NCBI GenBank assembly: GCA_963705305.1 | Contig: OY970067.1 | Coordinates: 3,808,001 to 3,872,000 of the forward strand | Direction: 5' to 3' | Length of the DNA: 64,000 nucleotides | From: an uncultured Methylomirabilota bacterium | GTDB lineage: Bacteria; Methylomirabilota; Methylomirabilia; Methylomirabilales; 2-02-FULL-66-22 | In this document: one piece after another, positions 1 through 10,276 of the stretch | Layout of the letters: the number at the start of each line of letters is the position of its first letter | Position numbering within the stretch: position 1 is the stretch's first letter | Notes under the pieces: model-generated | The model's database searches: none | What the model saw: the letters and a program-made list of their open reading frames with translations, nothing else | Told to the model about the DNA's origin: nothing | Position numbers and translations under genes: made by a program

Positions 1-891
1 CCTTCTTCGCCGTTAGTCATCGAGGATCTTCCTGCAAACCTGCGGCGGCCGGTTCTCCTGGCGGCGTTTTCCGGGTGGAACGATGCGGCCGAAAGCGCCA
101 CATCTGCGGCGCGTTTTCTGTCGCAGCGGCTGGCGGGCCAGCGCTTTGCCTACATCCAGGCGGAGGAGTTTTACCATTTCGGCCTCACGCGGCCCGAGGT
201 GCGCATCCAAGCCGGGACGCAGGTGCGCGAGATCCGCTGGCCGACCACGGATTTCTTCCTGGGCATCGAGCCCTCGATTCCCCGCGACGTGATCGTGTGT
301 CTGGGGAGCGAGCCGCACCTCAAGTGGCAGACCTTCTGCGGCCACATTCTGGAATTGGCAAGGCTCGTCGGGGTGACGCAGGTGATCACCCTGGGGGCCC
401 TTCTGGCCGACGTGCCGCACACGCGACCCATCCGGGTGTCCGGGGTGACTACCGATCCCGAGCTGGCCGCGCAGTTCCAGACCTCCCCCACGCGCTATGA
501 AGGGCCCACGGGAATCGTCGGTGTCTTGATCGACGCCTGCCGCCTGGGAGGCCTCCCGGCCGCGAGCCTGTGGGCCAACGTGCCGCATTACGTGTCGGAG
601 GTCAGCAACCCCCATGCGATCCTGGCACTGGTGCGGCGCATCCTGGCATATCTCGAGTGGGAGACGGATCTCGGGGATTTGGAGGAGGCGGCAAAGGAAT
701 TCGATCGGCAGATCGCCCGCATTGTCAGCCAGAAGCCCGAGGTGGCGCGCTATATCCAAGAGCTGGAGCAGCGGCAGCCGGGCGAGGTGGAGGAGCGCGG
801 TCCCGGTACCGATCTCCCCAATACCGGCGATCTCATCCGCGAGGTGGAGCAGTTCCTCCGGGAGCACCGCGGGGACGCGGACCGAAGTTAG
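1..891 (+). CDS. PAC2 (proteasome assembly chaperone-like) family protein, 5' partial
   Basis: Frame +1 is open from base 1 ([17 protein letters not shown]); motifs [37 protein letters not shown] at 889-891. Confidence 0.9.
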   Translation, partial: PSSPLVIEDLPANLRRPVLLAAFSGWNDAAESATSAARFLSQRLAGQRFAYIQAEEFYHFGLTRPEVRIQAGTQVREIRWPTTDFFLGIEPSIPRDVIVCLGSEPHLKWQTFCGHILELARLVGVTQVITLGALLADVPHTRPIRVSGVTTDPELAAQFQTSPTRYEGPTGIVGVLIDACRLGGLPAASLWANVPHYVSEVSNPHAILALVRRILAYLEWETDLGDLEEAAKEFDRQIARIVSQKPEVARYIQELEQRQPGEVEERGPGTDLPNTGDLIREVEQFLREHRGDADRS

Positions 892-947
892 GCGCGACCA
901 CGCTGCGAGCGGCAGCGCGCAGCCACGGATGGTGAGGGAGCGCCGGC

Positions 948-1634
948 GTGAGCGAGGCAATTCGGGATCGAATCATCCGGGTGCGCGAGCGGATACGCGA
1001 AGCCGCGGCGCGCGCCGGGCGCGAGGCGTCCTCGATCACTCTGATCGCGGTCAGCAAGACCGTCTCTGCGGACGCCGTCCGGGAGGCGGTGGCGGCGGGC
1101 CAGACGATCCTGGGGGAGAATCGGGTCCAGGAAGCACGGGACAAGATCGCCAGGCTTCCCGATCTGGCCTCCTGGCACCTGGTGGGCCACCTCCAAACCA
1201 ACAAAGCCAAGCTGGCGATCGAGTTGTTCGATCTGATCCATTCCCTGAATTCAATCAAGCTGGCCCAGGAGCTGGACCGGCATGCCGGGCAGGCTGGCAA
1301 GACGGTTCGTTGTCTGGTCGAGGTCAACCTGGGCGACGAGCCCCAGAAGAGCGGCATCGTCGAAGGGGAGGTCCGAGAGCTGCTGAAGGCGGCCGGCGGG
1401 CTGTCCAATCTCAAGATCGAAGGGCTGATGACAGTGCCACCCTTTCTGGCGGACCCGGAAGAGGTGCGGCCGTTCTTCCGGCATCTTCGCGAGCTGCGGG
1501 ATGCGCTCGGCGCGGAGGGGTTCCCGCTGCGCGAGCTTTCCATGGGGATGACGAACGACTTCGAGGTGGCCGTCGAGGAGGGGGCCACGCTGGTGCGGAT
1601 CGGCACAGCGATCTTCGGCGCACGCGCCGTTTAG
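948..1634 (+). CDS. yggS: YggS/PROSC PLP-binding homeostasis protein
   Basis: [49 protein letters not shown]. Confidence 0.95.
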   Translation: MSEAIRDRIIRVRERIREAAARAGREASSITLIAVSKTVSADAVREAVAAGQTILGENRVQEARDKIARLPDLASWHLVGHLQTNKAKLAIELFDLIHSLNSIKLAQELDRHAGQAGKTVRCLVEVNLGDEPQKSGIVEGEVRELLKAAGGLSNLKIEGLMTVPPFLADPEEVRPFFRHLRELRDALGAEGFPLRELSMGMTNDFEVAVEEGATLVRIGTAIFGARAV

Positions 1635-1727
1635 GGAGTTGCAGGGGAGCCGGGGTGCTGGGGAGAGGGAGCAAGAGCGTACGAGGGAAACGGGGGAGCG
1701 GAAAAAATCCAGATTGTAAGAAGGCTT

Positions 1728-1849
1728 GTCTTGGCGATCTTGGCGTGAGACCAGGCCCGGCATTCTCCTCACGCAAAGGACGCCAAGGGCGCAAAGGGAA
1801 GCAGGGGTGAGGGGAAAATTCGAATTTCGAAATTCGAATTTCGAAATTG
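1728..1849. repeat. CTTGGCG/CGCCAAG palindromic repeat plus (ATTCGAA/TTTCGAA)n heptamer tract
   Basis: Near-identical to 5446-5518; heptamer tract at ~1816-1849. Confidence 0.8.
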
Positions 1850-1859
1850 GAGGAGCCCT

Positions 1860-2510
1860 ATGCAGATCTTTCTCGATACCGCCGATGTGAACGAGATTCG
1901 CGAGCTGGCCAGCCTCGGCATCGTGGACGGGGTGACGACCAACCCCTCGCTGGTGGCCAAGGAGGGACGGCCGTTCCGCGAGATCGCCGAGGAGATTGTC
2001 CGAATCGTGGACGGGCCGATCAGCCTGGAAGTGGTCAGCACCGAGGCCAAGGGGATGCTGGCCGAGGCTCGCGACTTGGCCAAGATCCACGCCAACGTGG
2101 TGGTGAAGATCCCGCTGATCGCCGAAGGGCTGAAGGCGGTCAAGCAGCTGACCATGGAGGGGATCAAGACCAACGTCACGCTCTGCTTCTCGCCCAGCCA
2201 GGCCCTCCTGGCCGCCAAGGCGGGGGCCGCCTATATCAGCCCCTTCGTCGGCCGCCTGGACGATATCAGCTATGTGGGGATGGACCTGGTGCGGCAGATC
2301 GTTACGATCTACAAGAATTACAGCTATCCGACCAAGGTCTTGGCGGCCAGCCTGCGGAGTCCGGTTCACTTCGTGGACGCGGCGCTGGCGGGGGCCCACG
2401 TGGCCACGCTGCCGCCGGCGGTCGTGCGCCAGCTCTTGAAGCATCCCCTCACCGACATCGGCCTGGAGCGGTTCCTGGCGGACTGGAAGAAGGTGCCCAA
2501 GAAGAGTTGA
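1860..2510 (+). CDS. tal: Transaldolase, small FSA/MipB-like family
   Basis: [18 protein letters not shown]; Glu in SLEV and Phe in SPFVGR are the transaldolase-type residues; GGAG RBS. Confidence 0.9.
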   Translation: MQIFLDTADVNEIRELASLGIVDGVTTNPSLVAKEGRPFREIAEEIVRIVDGPISLEVVSTEAKGMLAEARDLAKIHANVVVKIPLIAEGLKAVKQLTMEGIKTNVTLCFSPSQALLAAKAGAAYISPFVGRLDDISYVGMDLVRQIVTIYKNYSYPTKVLAASLRSPVHFVDAALAGAHVATLPPAVVRQLLKHPLTDIGLERFLADWKKVPKKS

Positions 2511-2575
2511 TCCGCCTCCCGAAAATATCCCACCGCCAAGCCGCCAAGGATTGCGTGGTTGGAGCGGGCTAATGC

Positions 2576-2606
2576 GCCGCCCTTCCGGATTTTCCGGGAG
2601 GGCGGC
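2576..2606. terminator. GC-rich hairpin between convergent genes
   Basis: GCCGCCCTTCCGGA-TTT-TCCGGGAGGGCGGC; no clear U tail. Confidence 0.5.
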
Positions 2607-2755
2607 TGCGTTCCTGCCCCTGGCGACCTAGCGGCCCACTCCCAGAAAAGGCGCTTCGCGCAAAGCCGCCGAAAGCCCCAGGGGGGCAGCCCGGGTTGGA
2701 GGATGACCTCTGGCCCCTGACCCCAGCCCTCTGCCTACTGTCTACTGACCCCTGA

Positions 2756-4177
2756 CTATAGGTTCGTCCGGAAGGCGGCCTGGTTCTGGGCGTTCAACGC
2801 GGACTGGGTGGCGACGGCCAGCTCGGCATCGTGGACGTGGTCGAGGGTGAAGATGCGGTAGTGGGCCACCTGCGCCGGGATGTAGCGAAGCAAATCCTGG
2901 ACTGGTTGCGGCGAGGCCTTCCCGGTTGCCGGGTCGTAGATCAGCACCTTCTTGGTTTCCTCGGTCAGCGGGTTGAGCGGCCGGGGATCCTGGCGAGCCA
3001 TGTCCACCTTGAACTGGATCCCTTGGAGCGCGGGCGGCAGGTGGCCCCGGATGGCATCCTCCAGGTCGCGGGTGGACCAGAACTTTTTTCCGCGCGGCTC
3101 GTCCATGGTCTCCACATGATCGTACGCCATCTTCCACTTCAGCTCCCGGCGAGAGATCCTGGCCCACTCCTCGGCCAGCGAGCGCTTCCGGGGGTCGGGA
3201 TCGCCGACCCACTGGCGCACCCCTTCCAGAAGGGACCAGTCGCTCACCCCTAGAAACCGGTCCAGCTCGCTCCGGGGGTCGAAGGGGAAGAGGAGCTGCA
3301 GCGTCTCCTGAAAGATCTCCTGCATGTGGAGGTCGACCGCGCGGTTCGTCCGGTGGAAATAGACATCCGCATACATGGTGAACCGGGCGTTGACGAAGCG
3401 GCGGAGGGCGGACGAGCCGGATTTGTGAAGCGTCAGCCCCTGCTCCGTGACGAAGGTGTAGTAGAGCAGCCGATCGATGTCCACCATGTCCAGGGAAAAG
3501 CCGGTCATATAGGCGTCCCGCTGGATGTAGTCCATGTTGTCCGCGGTGTAGATCCCTGAAAAGACCGGCTGCAAGGTGCGCAGCCAACCGGGCATCGGAT
3601 CGGGTCCCGGGTCGGGCTTCCGGATGAGGTAGGCGACGTGTTCTGGCTCGATCGCCTCGCCGGCATCGAAGGCGCCGTCGGGGCTGCGGCGGATCTCTCG
3701 GATGAGATCTCCCAGCTTTTGCAAGACGATCTGCTGGCCGATCCCTTCGTGGGTGGTGCTGTAGAGCGGCTCCAGGAAGTTCTGGTCGTAGAAGTGGCTG
3801 AAAGGGCCATGACCGATGTCGTGGACGAGACCGGTGACGCGCAGCAGCTCTTTCACGAAGGGCAGAGAGGGGCACTGCCGGCGGAAGACCGCTTTCAGGC
3901 TGGGGTAGAGACGATCGGCGAAGCGGCCGGCCATGTGCATGGTGCCGAGGCAATGCTGGAATCGGCTGTGCTCGCCGGAGGGGAAAACCCAAAAGCTGGA
4001 TTGCAGCTGGTGCACCCGCCGCAGCCGCTGGACCCAGGGCGTATCGATCAGATCCTTTTCCGTCCGCTCGGACGGCATGCCGTCCATTGGAACGGTGAAC
4101 TGGGTGTACCCATAGAGCGGATCGGCGAGCAGGGCGATCCCCTCGTACATGGGATGGCGGCGTTTTCCTACTGGCAT
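2756..4177 (-). CDS. HD-domain phosphohydrolase (SAMHD1/YwfO-like dNTP triphosphohydrolase family)
   Basis: QRLRRVHQL, HSRFQHCLG, HDIGHGPFSH, ADNMDYIQRD, VYFH; start 4177 or 4150 because the longer ORF runs into a repeat. Confidence 0.9.
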   Translation of the reverse strand: MPVGKRRHPMYEGIALLADPLYGYTQFTVPMDGMPSERTEKDLIDTPWVQRLRRVHQLQSSFWVFPSGEHSRFQHCLGTMHMAGRFADRLYPSLKAVFRRQCPSLPFVKELLRVTGLVHDIGHGPFSHFYDQNFLEPLYSTTHEGIGQQIVLQKLGDLIREIRRSPDGAFDAGEAIEPEHVAYLIRKPDPGPDPMPGWLRTLQPVFSGIYTADNMDYIQRDAYMTGFSLDMVDIDRLLYYTFVTEQGLTLHKSGSSALRRFVNARFTMYADVYFHRTNRAVDLHMQEIFQETLQLLFPFDPRSELDRFLGVSDWSLLEGVRQWVGDPDPRKRSLAEEWARISRRELKWKMAYDHVETMDEPRGKKFWSTRDLEDAIRGHLPPALQGIQFKVDMARQDPRPLNPLTEETKKVLIYDPATGKASPQPVQDLLRYIPAQVAHYRIFTLDHVHDAELAVATQSALNAQNQAAFRTNL

Positions 4178-4191
4178 CGATCGTCCTCTAA

Positions 4192-4404
4192 CAGGCTGCT
4201 GAAAACGGCCCATCTGTCCGCCGCAGGCGGATTGGCGCGCTCGAGCACTCGCTGCGGCGTACCGGAAGTACGCCTTGACCCGCCTGTGGCGGGTGCTCGG
4301 CCCCGGGTACCCATCCCGAGGGATGGGTGATGGCGCCTTGCCGTTCGGCAGGCTCACGGCCCCGAGCAACGTCGAGGGGCATCTGGACCCTTTTGAGCAG
4401 CCTG
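4192..4404. mobile_element. MITE-like element copy 1 (CAGGCTGCTGAAAA...TTTTGAGCAGCCTG) with nested palindromes
   Basis: Terminal inverted repeats; related copies at 6060, 7411, 29077. Confidence 0.8.
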
Positions 4405-4555
4405 CTGGGAGTTCGGGCCGGCCCGCCGATCGGACCGGAGAGCCATCGACCTGCTCCACAATATCGCGAAGGTGGGTGGGCGGTCAACCCGGTTCGGGCG
4501 GACGTGTTCGGGCGGACGGCGGGACTACGTCAAAGTCGTCCAATGCTTCAGCTCC

Positions 4556-4879
4556 CTAAGGATTCTCGCGGAAGCCGAGCGCGAACAAGAGGGCGGACCG
4601 CACGTGCTCCATTCGGCCCGGCGCGAGCTTGGTGATGAGGGCGCCGATCTTTTCCTGCGGCACCGTCTGGATATGATCCAGGTTGACGGCGCACTCCCGA
4701 GACATGCCGTCCATCTCGCCCAGAAGGACTTCGGTCGGAATGTCCCGAATCGTGGATGTGATGGGGGCCACGGTGACCTCACCGAGGACGTCAAGGACGG
4801 AATCCCGCGTGAGGATGAGAACAGGGCGGCGCTTGTTGGGCTGGGGAAAACGATACCAGCGTACCTCGCCTCGTTTCAT
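4556..4879 (-). CDS. mazF: PemK/MazF family toxin (endoribonuclease)
   Basis: MKRGEVRW, KRRPVLILT, VTVAPITST, VNLDHIQTV. Confidence 0.92.
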   Translation of the reverse strand: MKRGEVRWYRFPQPNKRRPVLILTRDSVLDVLGEVTVAPITSTIRDIPTEVLLGEMDGMSRECAVNLDHIQTVPQEKIGALITKLAPGRMEHVRSALLFALGFRENP

Positions 4880-5109
4880 GGCTCACCCCAGGCCTGCTCC
4901 CCCGACCCCAGGCTGAACTCGCCGCGTTTGACTGGCTTCCGCTGATAACCTTCGCGGTGCTTCCGCTCCAGCGCGCGCTCCCGGGCGCGCGCTAGGGCCG
5001 CGCGCAGGGCATTGCGCGTGAAACCCGACCGGCTGGTTCCCAACTCAGCCGCAACCTTGTCCACCGCCTCCACCAGTTCCTCGTCAAGGGTCAACTGTAC
5101 CGTTCGCAT
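4876..5109 (-). CDS. Ribbon-helix-helix (CopG) antitoxin
   Basis: MRTVQLTLDEELVEAVD...SRSGFTR; GGAGG RBS; ATGA-type overlap with the toxin. Confidence 0.88.
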   Translation of the reverse strand: MRTVQLTLDEELVEAVDKVAAELGTSRSGFTRNALRAALARARERALERKHREGYQRKPVKRGEFSLGSGEQAWGEP

Positions 5110-5445
5110 GGCTCGGACCTCCATAGCTACTCGCATAGCTATTAGTCTACACATCTTTTGCCCTCGCGCAAGCGGAAATTGGCACCATGTACGCAAAGAA
5201 GGCGTGCGTATCTGCACCCGGGTAAAGGGGACGAGGAATCGTCAGTCGTCCGGCGGCCGGGGGAGGCTTGGGAGCCAGTTGTCTTTGAGGGTGCGCGCGG
5301 GCCGTTGCATCTTGCGAAAGCCCGTGGTAGATTGCGGGTCAGACGCGCATAGTCGCCGAGGACGCAACGGGGAGACGGGGAGCCGGTGAACCGTAGAAAC
5401 AGAGCGGGGGGATTCGAATTCGATTTTCAAAATTGAAGTGGGTTC

Positions 5446-5518
5446 GTCTTGGCGATCTTGGCGTGAGACAGGCCCCGGAGTTCTGCTCACGCAAAGGCGC
5501 CAAGGACGCCAAGGAAAA
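5446..5518. repeat. CTTGGCG/CGCCAAG palindromic repeat
   Basis: Near-identical to 1728-1800. Confidence 0.8.
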
Positions 5519-5639
5519 CCGAACAGCAGGGTGGAATACAGGACCACGGACTACTGACTACTGACCGCTGACTGCTGACTTCTGCCTACTGAAACGGCAG
5601 CCGCGGTCCGCGCAGCACATAGCCTGGGAGAGGGGAAGC

Positions 5640-6032
5640 GTGAACTGGATACGTCGAGCGATTCTGATGATTCTGGTGCTGTCGGTAGCGGGCTGCGCTC
5701 GGTGGTTTGCCGATCACGTGCCTACCGAAGGTATCCCGGCCGGGATGAAGCAGATCACCTTCGAGATCATCGCGCGCGACAACCGCTGCGAGCCGTCCGT
5801 CCTCGCCCTGGACCGCGAAGGTCGGGCCCTGCTGATCACCTTCCAGGTGACGAGCGTCGGGAAGATGCACAAATTCCTGATTCCCAATCTGGGCGTGCGG
5901 AAGACCATCCCCGCGGGCGGCCAGGTCAGCATTCCGGTGATCGCCGATCGGTCCGGCATCTACGAATACGCGTGCACCTCCCATCCCTGGATCGGTCCCT
6001 TTACGGCAGAGGGAAAGCTCGCCATTCGGTAG
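5640..6032 (+). CDS. Cupredoxin-domain lipoprotein
   Basis: Lipobox VAGC; HKFLIP, GIYEYACTSH. Confidence 0.75.
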   Translation: MNWIRRAILMILVLSVAGCARWFADHVPTEGIPAGMKQITFEIIARDNRCEPSVLALDREGRALLITFQVTSVGKMHKFLIPNLGVRKTIPAGGQVSIPVIADRSGIYEYACTSHPWIGPFTAEGKLAIR

Positions 6033-6059
6033 GTCGTGCGGTCCGACTGCAGCCTCTGA

Positions 6060-6212
6060 CAGGATGCTGAAAAACTCGTTTTCGCTCAGGCTGCTCAAAA
6101 AGGCCCAGATGCAAGGCGCCACGTGATCCGAGGCGCGAGGCGTACTTAGCCCGTACGCCGCAGCGCCGCGGGAGCGGGGCAACGCTGCAGATGGGACTCT
6201 TTGAGCAGCCTG
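6060..6212. mobile_element. MITE-like element copy 2 (reverse orientation)
   Basis: Same terminal inverted repeats and internal GCGTAC/GTACGC hairpin. Confidence 0.8.
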
Positions 6213-6240
6213 CTAATCGACCGTTCCGCGTGAGAATGGC

Positions 6241-7410
6241 ATGCCTGAACTCCCGCAGGTACCCTCTCCGCCCTCGCTTCCGCCCGTCTGGGTCCGCACG
6301 CAGGACGAGCTGCGCGCACTGGCCGGCCGCCTGGCGCGTACGGACGCCATCGCACTGGATTCCGAATCCGACAGCCTCCACCATTTTCCGGAAAAGGTCT
6401 GCCTGCTCCAGGCCGGGCTGGAGGACGGAAGCACCTATCTGCTGGACCCCCTCGCCCTGCGGGATCTTTCGCCCCTGGGCCCGGTCTGTACGGATGCGCG
6501 CGTCGTGAAGATCTTCCACGGTTCCGCCTACGACCTCTCCTCGATGAAGCGCGACTTTGGGTTCGCCTTCGCCGGACTCTTCGACACGATGCTGGCGGCC
6601 CAATTCCTGGGCTGGCAGGAGCTGGGCCTGGCGGCGCTGCTACAGCGTGTCTTCGGCATTCCTCCCGGGCGTTCAAGCCAGAAGGACGATTGGGCGCGGC
6701 GCCCGTTGACCGCCGCCCAGGAGGAATACGCGGCGCAAGATGTGCACTATCTCATTCCCCTGCGGGCCCTGCTAGTCGGGCAGCTACAGGATCTCGGACG
6801 GCTGGCGTGGGTGGAGGAGGAGTGCGAGGCGCTGACGGCGATTCCCGCGGCAGATCGGGTCTTCGATCCGGAGGGTTATCTCCGGTTGAAGGGGGCGAGC
6901 GGCCTCGACCGGCGCGGCCTGGCGGTGCTGCGGGCGCTGTTCGTGGCGCGGGAAGCGTGGGCGCATGCTGCAGGGCGGCCTCCCTTCCGGGTGATGGGCA
7001 ACGAGACGCTGCTCCGGCTGTCGGCGGAGCGGCCGCAGACGATGGAGAATCTGCAGCGGATCCGGGGGTGCTCGCCCGTGGTGCTGGCGCGATACGGGGC
7101 GGGGACTCTGGAGGCCATCCGTCGGGCAGCCGCCATCCCCGAAGTGGAACTCCCGGTCTTCCCACGATCGAGGCGGCCGACCGTCCCCCCGGCGGTGCAG
7201 CGTCGCCTGGCGCTTCTCACAGAGTGGCGGACCAGCGCGGGCGGGCGTTTGGGGCTCGACCCTGGAGTCCTGCTGCCGCGCCGGTTGATGGAGCGGCTGG
7301 CAGAGCAGCAGCCGAGCAGCACGGATGCGCTTCGCCGACTGGACGGCCTGCGCGAGTGGCGCGTGCGTCACTTCGGATCGGAGATCCTGGCGGTGCTGGC
7401 AGGCGGCTAG
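6241..7410 (+). CDS. rnd: Ribonuclease D (3'-5' exonuclease + HRDC)
   Basis: ALDSE, KIFHGSAYD, LFDT, DWARRPL, YAAQDV, C-terminal HRDC. Confidence 0.9.
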   Translation: MPELPQVPSPPSLPPVWVRTQDELRALAGRLARTDAIALDSESDSLHHFPEKVCLLQAGLEDGSTYLLDPLALRDLSPLGPVCTDARVVKIFHGSAYDLSSMKRDFGFAFAGLFDTMLAAQFLGWQELGLAALLQRVFGIPPGRSSQKDDWARRPLTAAQEEYAAQDVHYLIPLRALLVGQLQDLGRLAWVEEECEALTAIPAADRVFDPEGYLRLKGASGLDRRGLAVLRALFVAREAWAHAAGRPPFRVMGNETLLRLSAERPQTMENLQRIRGCSPVVLARYGAGTLEAIRRAAAIPEVELPVFPRSRRPTVPPAVQRRLALLTEWRTSAGGRLGLDPGVLLPRRLMERLAEQQPSSTDALRRLDGLREWRVRHFGSEILAVLAGG

Positions 7411-7563
7411 CACGCTGCTGAAAAAGGCCCATCTGCGGCGTTGGCGCGCTCGCGTGGCGCTGCGACGTACGAGCGAAGTACGCCTCGCGCCCCGCATCGC
7501 GTGCCGCCTTGCACCTGGACCTTTTTGAGCAGCCTGGGCAAAAACGGGCATTTCAGCAGGCGG
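7411..7563. mobile_element. MITE-like element copy 3, flanked by CTAG on both sides
   Basis: CTAG at 7407-7410 (includes the rnd stop) and 7564-7567. Confidence 0.8.
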
Positions 7564-7613
7564 CTAGCCGGACCCCGGCCCGGGGCCGGGGACAGAGTAG
7601 GAGAAGGGGCATT

Positions 7614-9011
7614 ATGAAGGGAGGCGTCGAGGGGGCGGTGGCGGCCATCCGGAAAGGAGCGCGCGCCCCCATCTACCTCTTGCACGGCGATGAGTATCTG
7701 GCCAAGGAGGGCGCCAAGGCGATCGTCGCGGCCTTGGTGCGGCCCGGGCAGGAGTCGCTGAGCGTGGAGACGCTGACGGAAGACGCGGGGGTTGCGAACC
7801 TGTACGGCCGGCTGGCCACCCCCTCCCTATTCGGGGGAACGAAGGTGGTGGTGATCCACGACAGCCGGGCGTTCGTCTCCGGGCAGAGCACCGCCGCTCT
7901 GGCCAAGAAGAGCCGCGAGCTCTGGCAGGCCGGAGATGCGGATCGAGCTCTCCGGCACTTCGGCCAGCTCCTGGCGGCGGCAGGGCAGGGCGCGGACTTC
8001 TTGGAGCGCGTCGTCCGCGTGCCGCTTCCGGACTCCGCCTGGGAAGAGCTGTTCGACATGGAGGCGGAGCCGGAGGCGCAGCAATGGCTGCAGGAGATGG
8101 CCGCCCGCACGTTGGCCTCCCCGCCCGGGGCGCCGCCGGGACCCGGCGCAGGCGCAGGCCGGGTCTATGAGGAGGTGCTCGAGCGGGGGATCCCGACGGA
8201 CACGGTGCTGGTCGTCACAGCAGAGGCGGTTGACGAGCGGCGGGCCCTCTACAAGCGGATTGGCGCGGCGGGATGCGTCATCGACTGCGGGGTCCGATCC
8301 AAGCGGGCCTGGGACACGCAGATGGATCCGGAGGCGGCCCGGGCTGCGATCCGGGCGCGGGTGCAGGATGCGGGAAAGAGCATCGATCCCGAGGCGGCCG
8401 CCTGCATCGTGGAGCGCACGGGCTCCGGCATGCGCGGCCTGGAGTCGGAGCTGGAGAAGATCCTCCTGTTCGTGGGCGATCGCCAGCGGGTCGCGGCGGC
8501 CGACGTCCTGGAGGTGCTCAGCAGCTCGCGGGAGGCGAGTATCTTCGATCTGACGAACGCGGTGGGCGAGCGGGATGCGGGACGGGCAGTCCGGGCGCTG
8601 CGCAGCCTGCTGATCCAGCGCGAGCCGATCCCACTCATGCTGAACACACTGGCGGGCGAAATCCGCAACCTGATCATTGCCCGCACGGTGATGGACGGCG
8701 CGCTGAAGGGCGCCTTGGATCCCGCCCTCACGTTTCCCGCCTTCCGCGCCCGCGTCCTCCCGCGCCTGGAGCAGGCAGGGGCCGATGTCGAAGGCGTGGC
8801 CGCCCTTCGCGGGATGAATCCCTTCCGCGCCTTCAACCTGCTTCGCGGCGCGGCGCGCTTTTCCATGCGGGAGCTGGTTGCGGGATTGGAGGCCGTGCAC
8901 GATGCGGATATGGCGCTGAAAACATCCGGAATGCCGGAGAACCTGGTGCTGGAGCCCCTCCTCCTCAGACTCTGCGGAGGGGGCGCGCCGGCGCAGCGGG
9001 GAAGGCCCTGA
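7614..9011 (+). CDS. holA: DNA polymerase III delta subunit
   Basis: PIYLLHGDEYL, PSLFGG, LESELEKI, SIFDLTNAV, DMALKTS. Confidence 0.85.
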   Translation: MKGGVEGAVAAIRKGARAPIYLLHGDEYLAKEGAKAIVAALVRPGQESLSVETLTEDAGVANLYGRLATPSLFGGTKVVVIHDSRAFVSGQSTAALAKKSRELWQAGDADRALRHFGQLLAAAGQGADFLERVVRVPLPDSAWEELFDMEAEPEAQQWLQEMAARTLASPPGAPPGPGAGAGRVYEEVLERGIPTDTVLVVTAEAVDERRALYKRIGAAGCVIDCGVRSKRAWDTQMDPEAARAAIRARVQDAGKSIDPEAAACIVERTGSGMRGLESELEKILLFVGDRQRVAAADVLEVLSSSREASIFDLTNAVGERDAGRAVRALRSLLIQREPIPLMLNTLAGEIRNLIIARTVMDGALKGALDPALTFPAFRARVLPRLEQAGADVEGVAALRGMNPFRAFNLLRGAARFSMRELVAGLEAVHDADMALKTSGMPENLVLEPLLLRLCGGGAPAQRGRP

Positions 9012-9015
9012 GGGG

Positions 9016-9034
9016 GAGTTTTTCTTTGACAAAG
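9016..9034 (+). repeat. att core, left copy GAGTTTTTCTTTGACAAAG
   Basis: Matches 26802-26820 with one mismatch. Confidence 0.85.
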
Positions 9035-9053
9035 ACTCAGGGAATACGGGGAG

Positions 9054-9710
9054 TTACGGAGCGGGGTTGCGCGGGGGTTGCGTTTGGTTGCCCGCCAAGA
9101 CCGCTTCCAGGGCCTCGGCTGCCGCCCGGTTCCCACCCGGGACGGCATGCGTGTACAGGTCGGCTGTGATCGCGATGCTGCTGTGCCCCAACTGCCGGGA
9201 GACGGCCAGCAAGGGCACGCCGGCCTGAATCGCCAAGGTCGCATAGGTGTGCCGGAGGTCATGTGGGCGGATCTTCCGGATCCCGGCTGCCCGCAGGATT
9301 CCCCGGAGAATGCCGAGCCGACGCTTGGACAGCCCGTCTTCCCGCTGGGCCGTCCACCAGGTCTCGACACGGGTGGAGGTGATCTCCCCCCAGGGCAGCG
9401 TGCCGAAGGTGGGGAGGATGCGGCAGCGGAGAGCGTTCGCGTAGGTGAGCTGCGTTCCCCGCTTCCAGTTGGGGGATGTCACCCGCTCCCAATCGGCCGC
9501 GACCTGCTCGAAGGTGGGGGAGGGCTTCTGCTCAGGGGTTTCGAGGATCCCGAACTCTCCCAACGCCAGCTTGGCCGCAATCTTGGCCGCTGCGATGCGG
9601 GCGGCGTCCCGATTCTTGGTGCCCGGACCGATCCGCTTGGCTTTCCGCCGGCCCTGGTGGTGGACGAACACCCACCAGGCGCCGTCTTTCTCCCGGACCG
9701 TCACGCCCAT
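9054..9710 (-). pseudogene. Tyrosine integrase with large in-frame internal deletion
   Basis: Arm-binding and SAM-like N-terminus joined directly to RPHDLRHT...LGHS...LYTH; box I Arg region absent; only 218 aa. Confidence 0.85.
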
Positions 9711-9713
9711 GGC

Positions 9714-9896
9714 CTATTTCCCTCCCCTCCGGGCCAAGTACTCGTCAATGATCCGTTGCAGGAGCGCGTTGACGCTGGCCCGCCCGCGCGGGCCCTCGCG
9801 CTCTTGCTCCGCGGCGTGCCGGAGTTTCCGCCACGTCGCCTCGTCCACCACGACGCTGAGTCGCACCATCCTCACCTCCTCCCGCGGCTTCGGCAT
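9714..9896 (-). CDS. Small RHH-like DNA-binding protein
   Basis: VRLSVVVDEATWRKLR...SVNALLQRII; GGAGG RBS; directly upstream of the integrase. Confidence 0.65.
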   Translation of the reverse strand: MPKPREEVRMVRLSVVVDEATWRKLRHAAEQEREGPRGRASVNALLQRIIDEYLARRGGK

Positions 9897-9923
9897 ATGA
9901 TCCTCCAGTATGAGAATAAACTT

Positions 9924-9943
9924 AAACTAGTATATACTTGTTT
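9924..9943. promoter_or_regulatory. AT-rich imperfect palindrome (candidate operator)
   Basis: AAACTAGTATATACTTGTTT, 18/20 self-complementary. Confidence 0.5.
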
Positions 9944-9972
9944 GCGTTATTATCAAGGGAAATCGGCGGGGG

Positions 9973-10276
9973 CTACTCCCGCAGGCCCAAGACCACCTCA
10001 TCGACGATCCGATCAACGTCGGGGGTGTGCTTGAAGGCTTCCATCCAGCGGTCGAAGTCAGAGCGGCGAACCAGGATCTTGCCGGTCACGGTCCGCAGCC
10101 GGCCGGCGCGGGTCGGGATCACGTGAGGCTCTTTCATGCGGTAGTGCGGCAGGGGCCGGTCGGGATCTGTCAGGTATGCCCGCAGGGAGCGGACAGAGAG
10201 GCCTGAGTACTGGCTTAGCGCCTCCAGGCCGAGCCAGGGGTCCAGGTCCGCATTGATGCTCACCGCCTCGACGATC
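9973..10276 (-). pseudogene. Excisionase/AlpA-like HTH protein, 5' end interrupted by an IS
   Basis: WLGLEALSQYSGLSVRSLR...LPHYR...KILVRRSDFDRW; IS end begins at 10277. Confidence 0.65.

Noticed and set aside
4178..4459. N-terminal extensions of the HD protein, and similarly holA (7509) and the ORF 29069-29380
   Set aside because: They are translations of the MITE-like repeat
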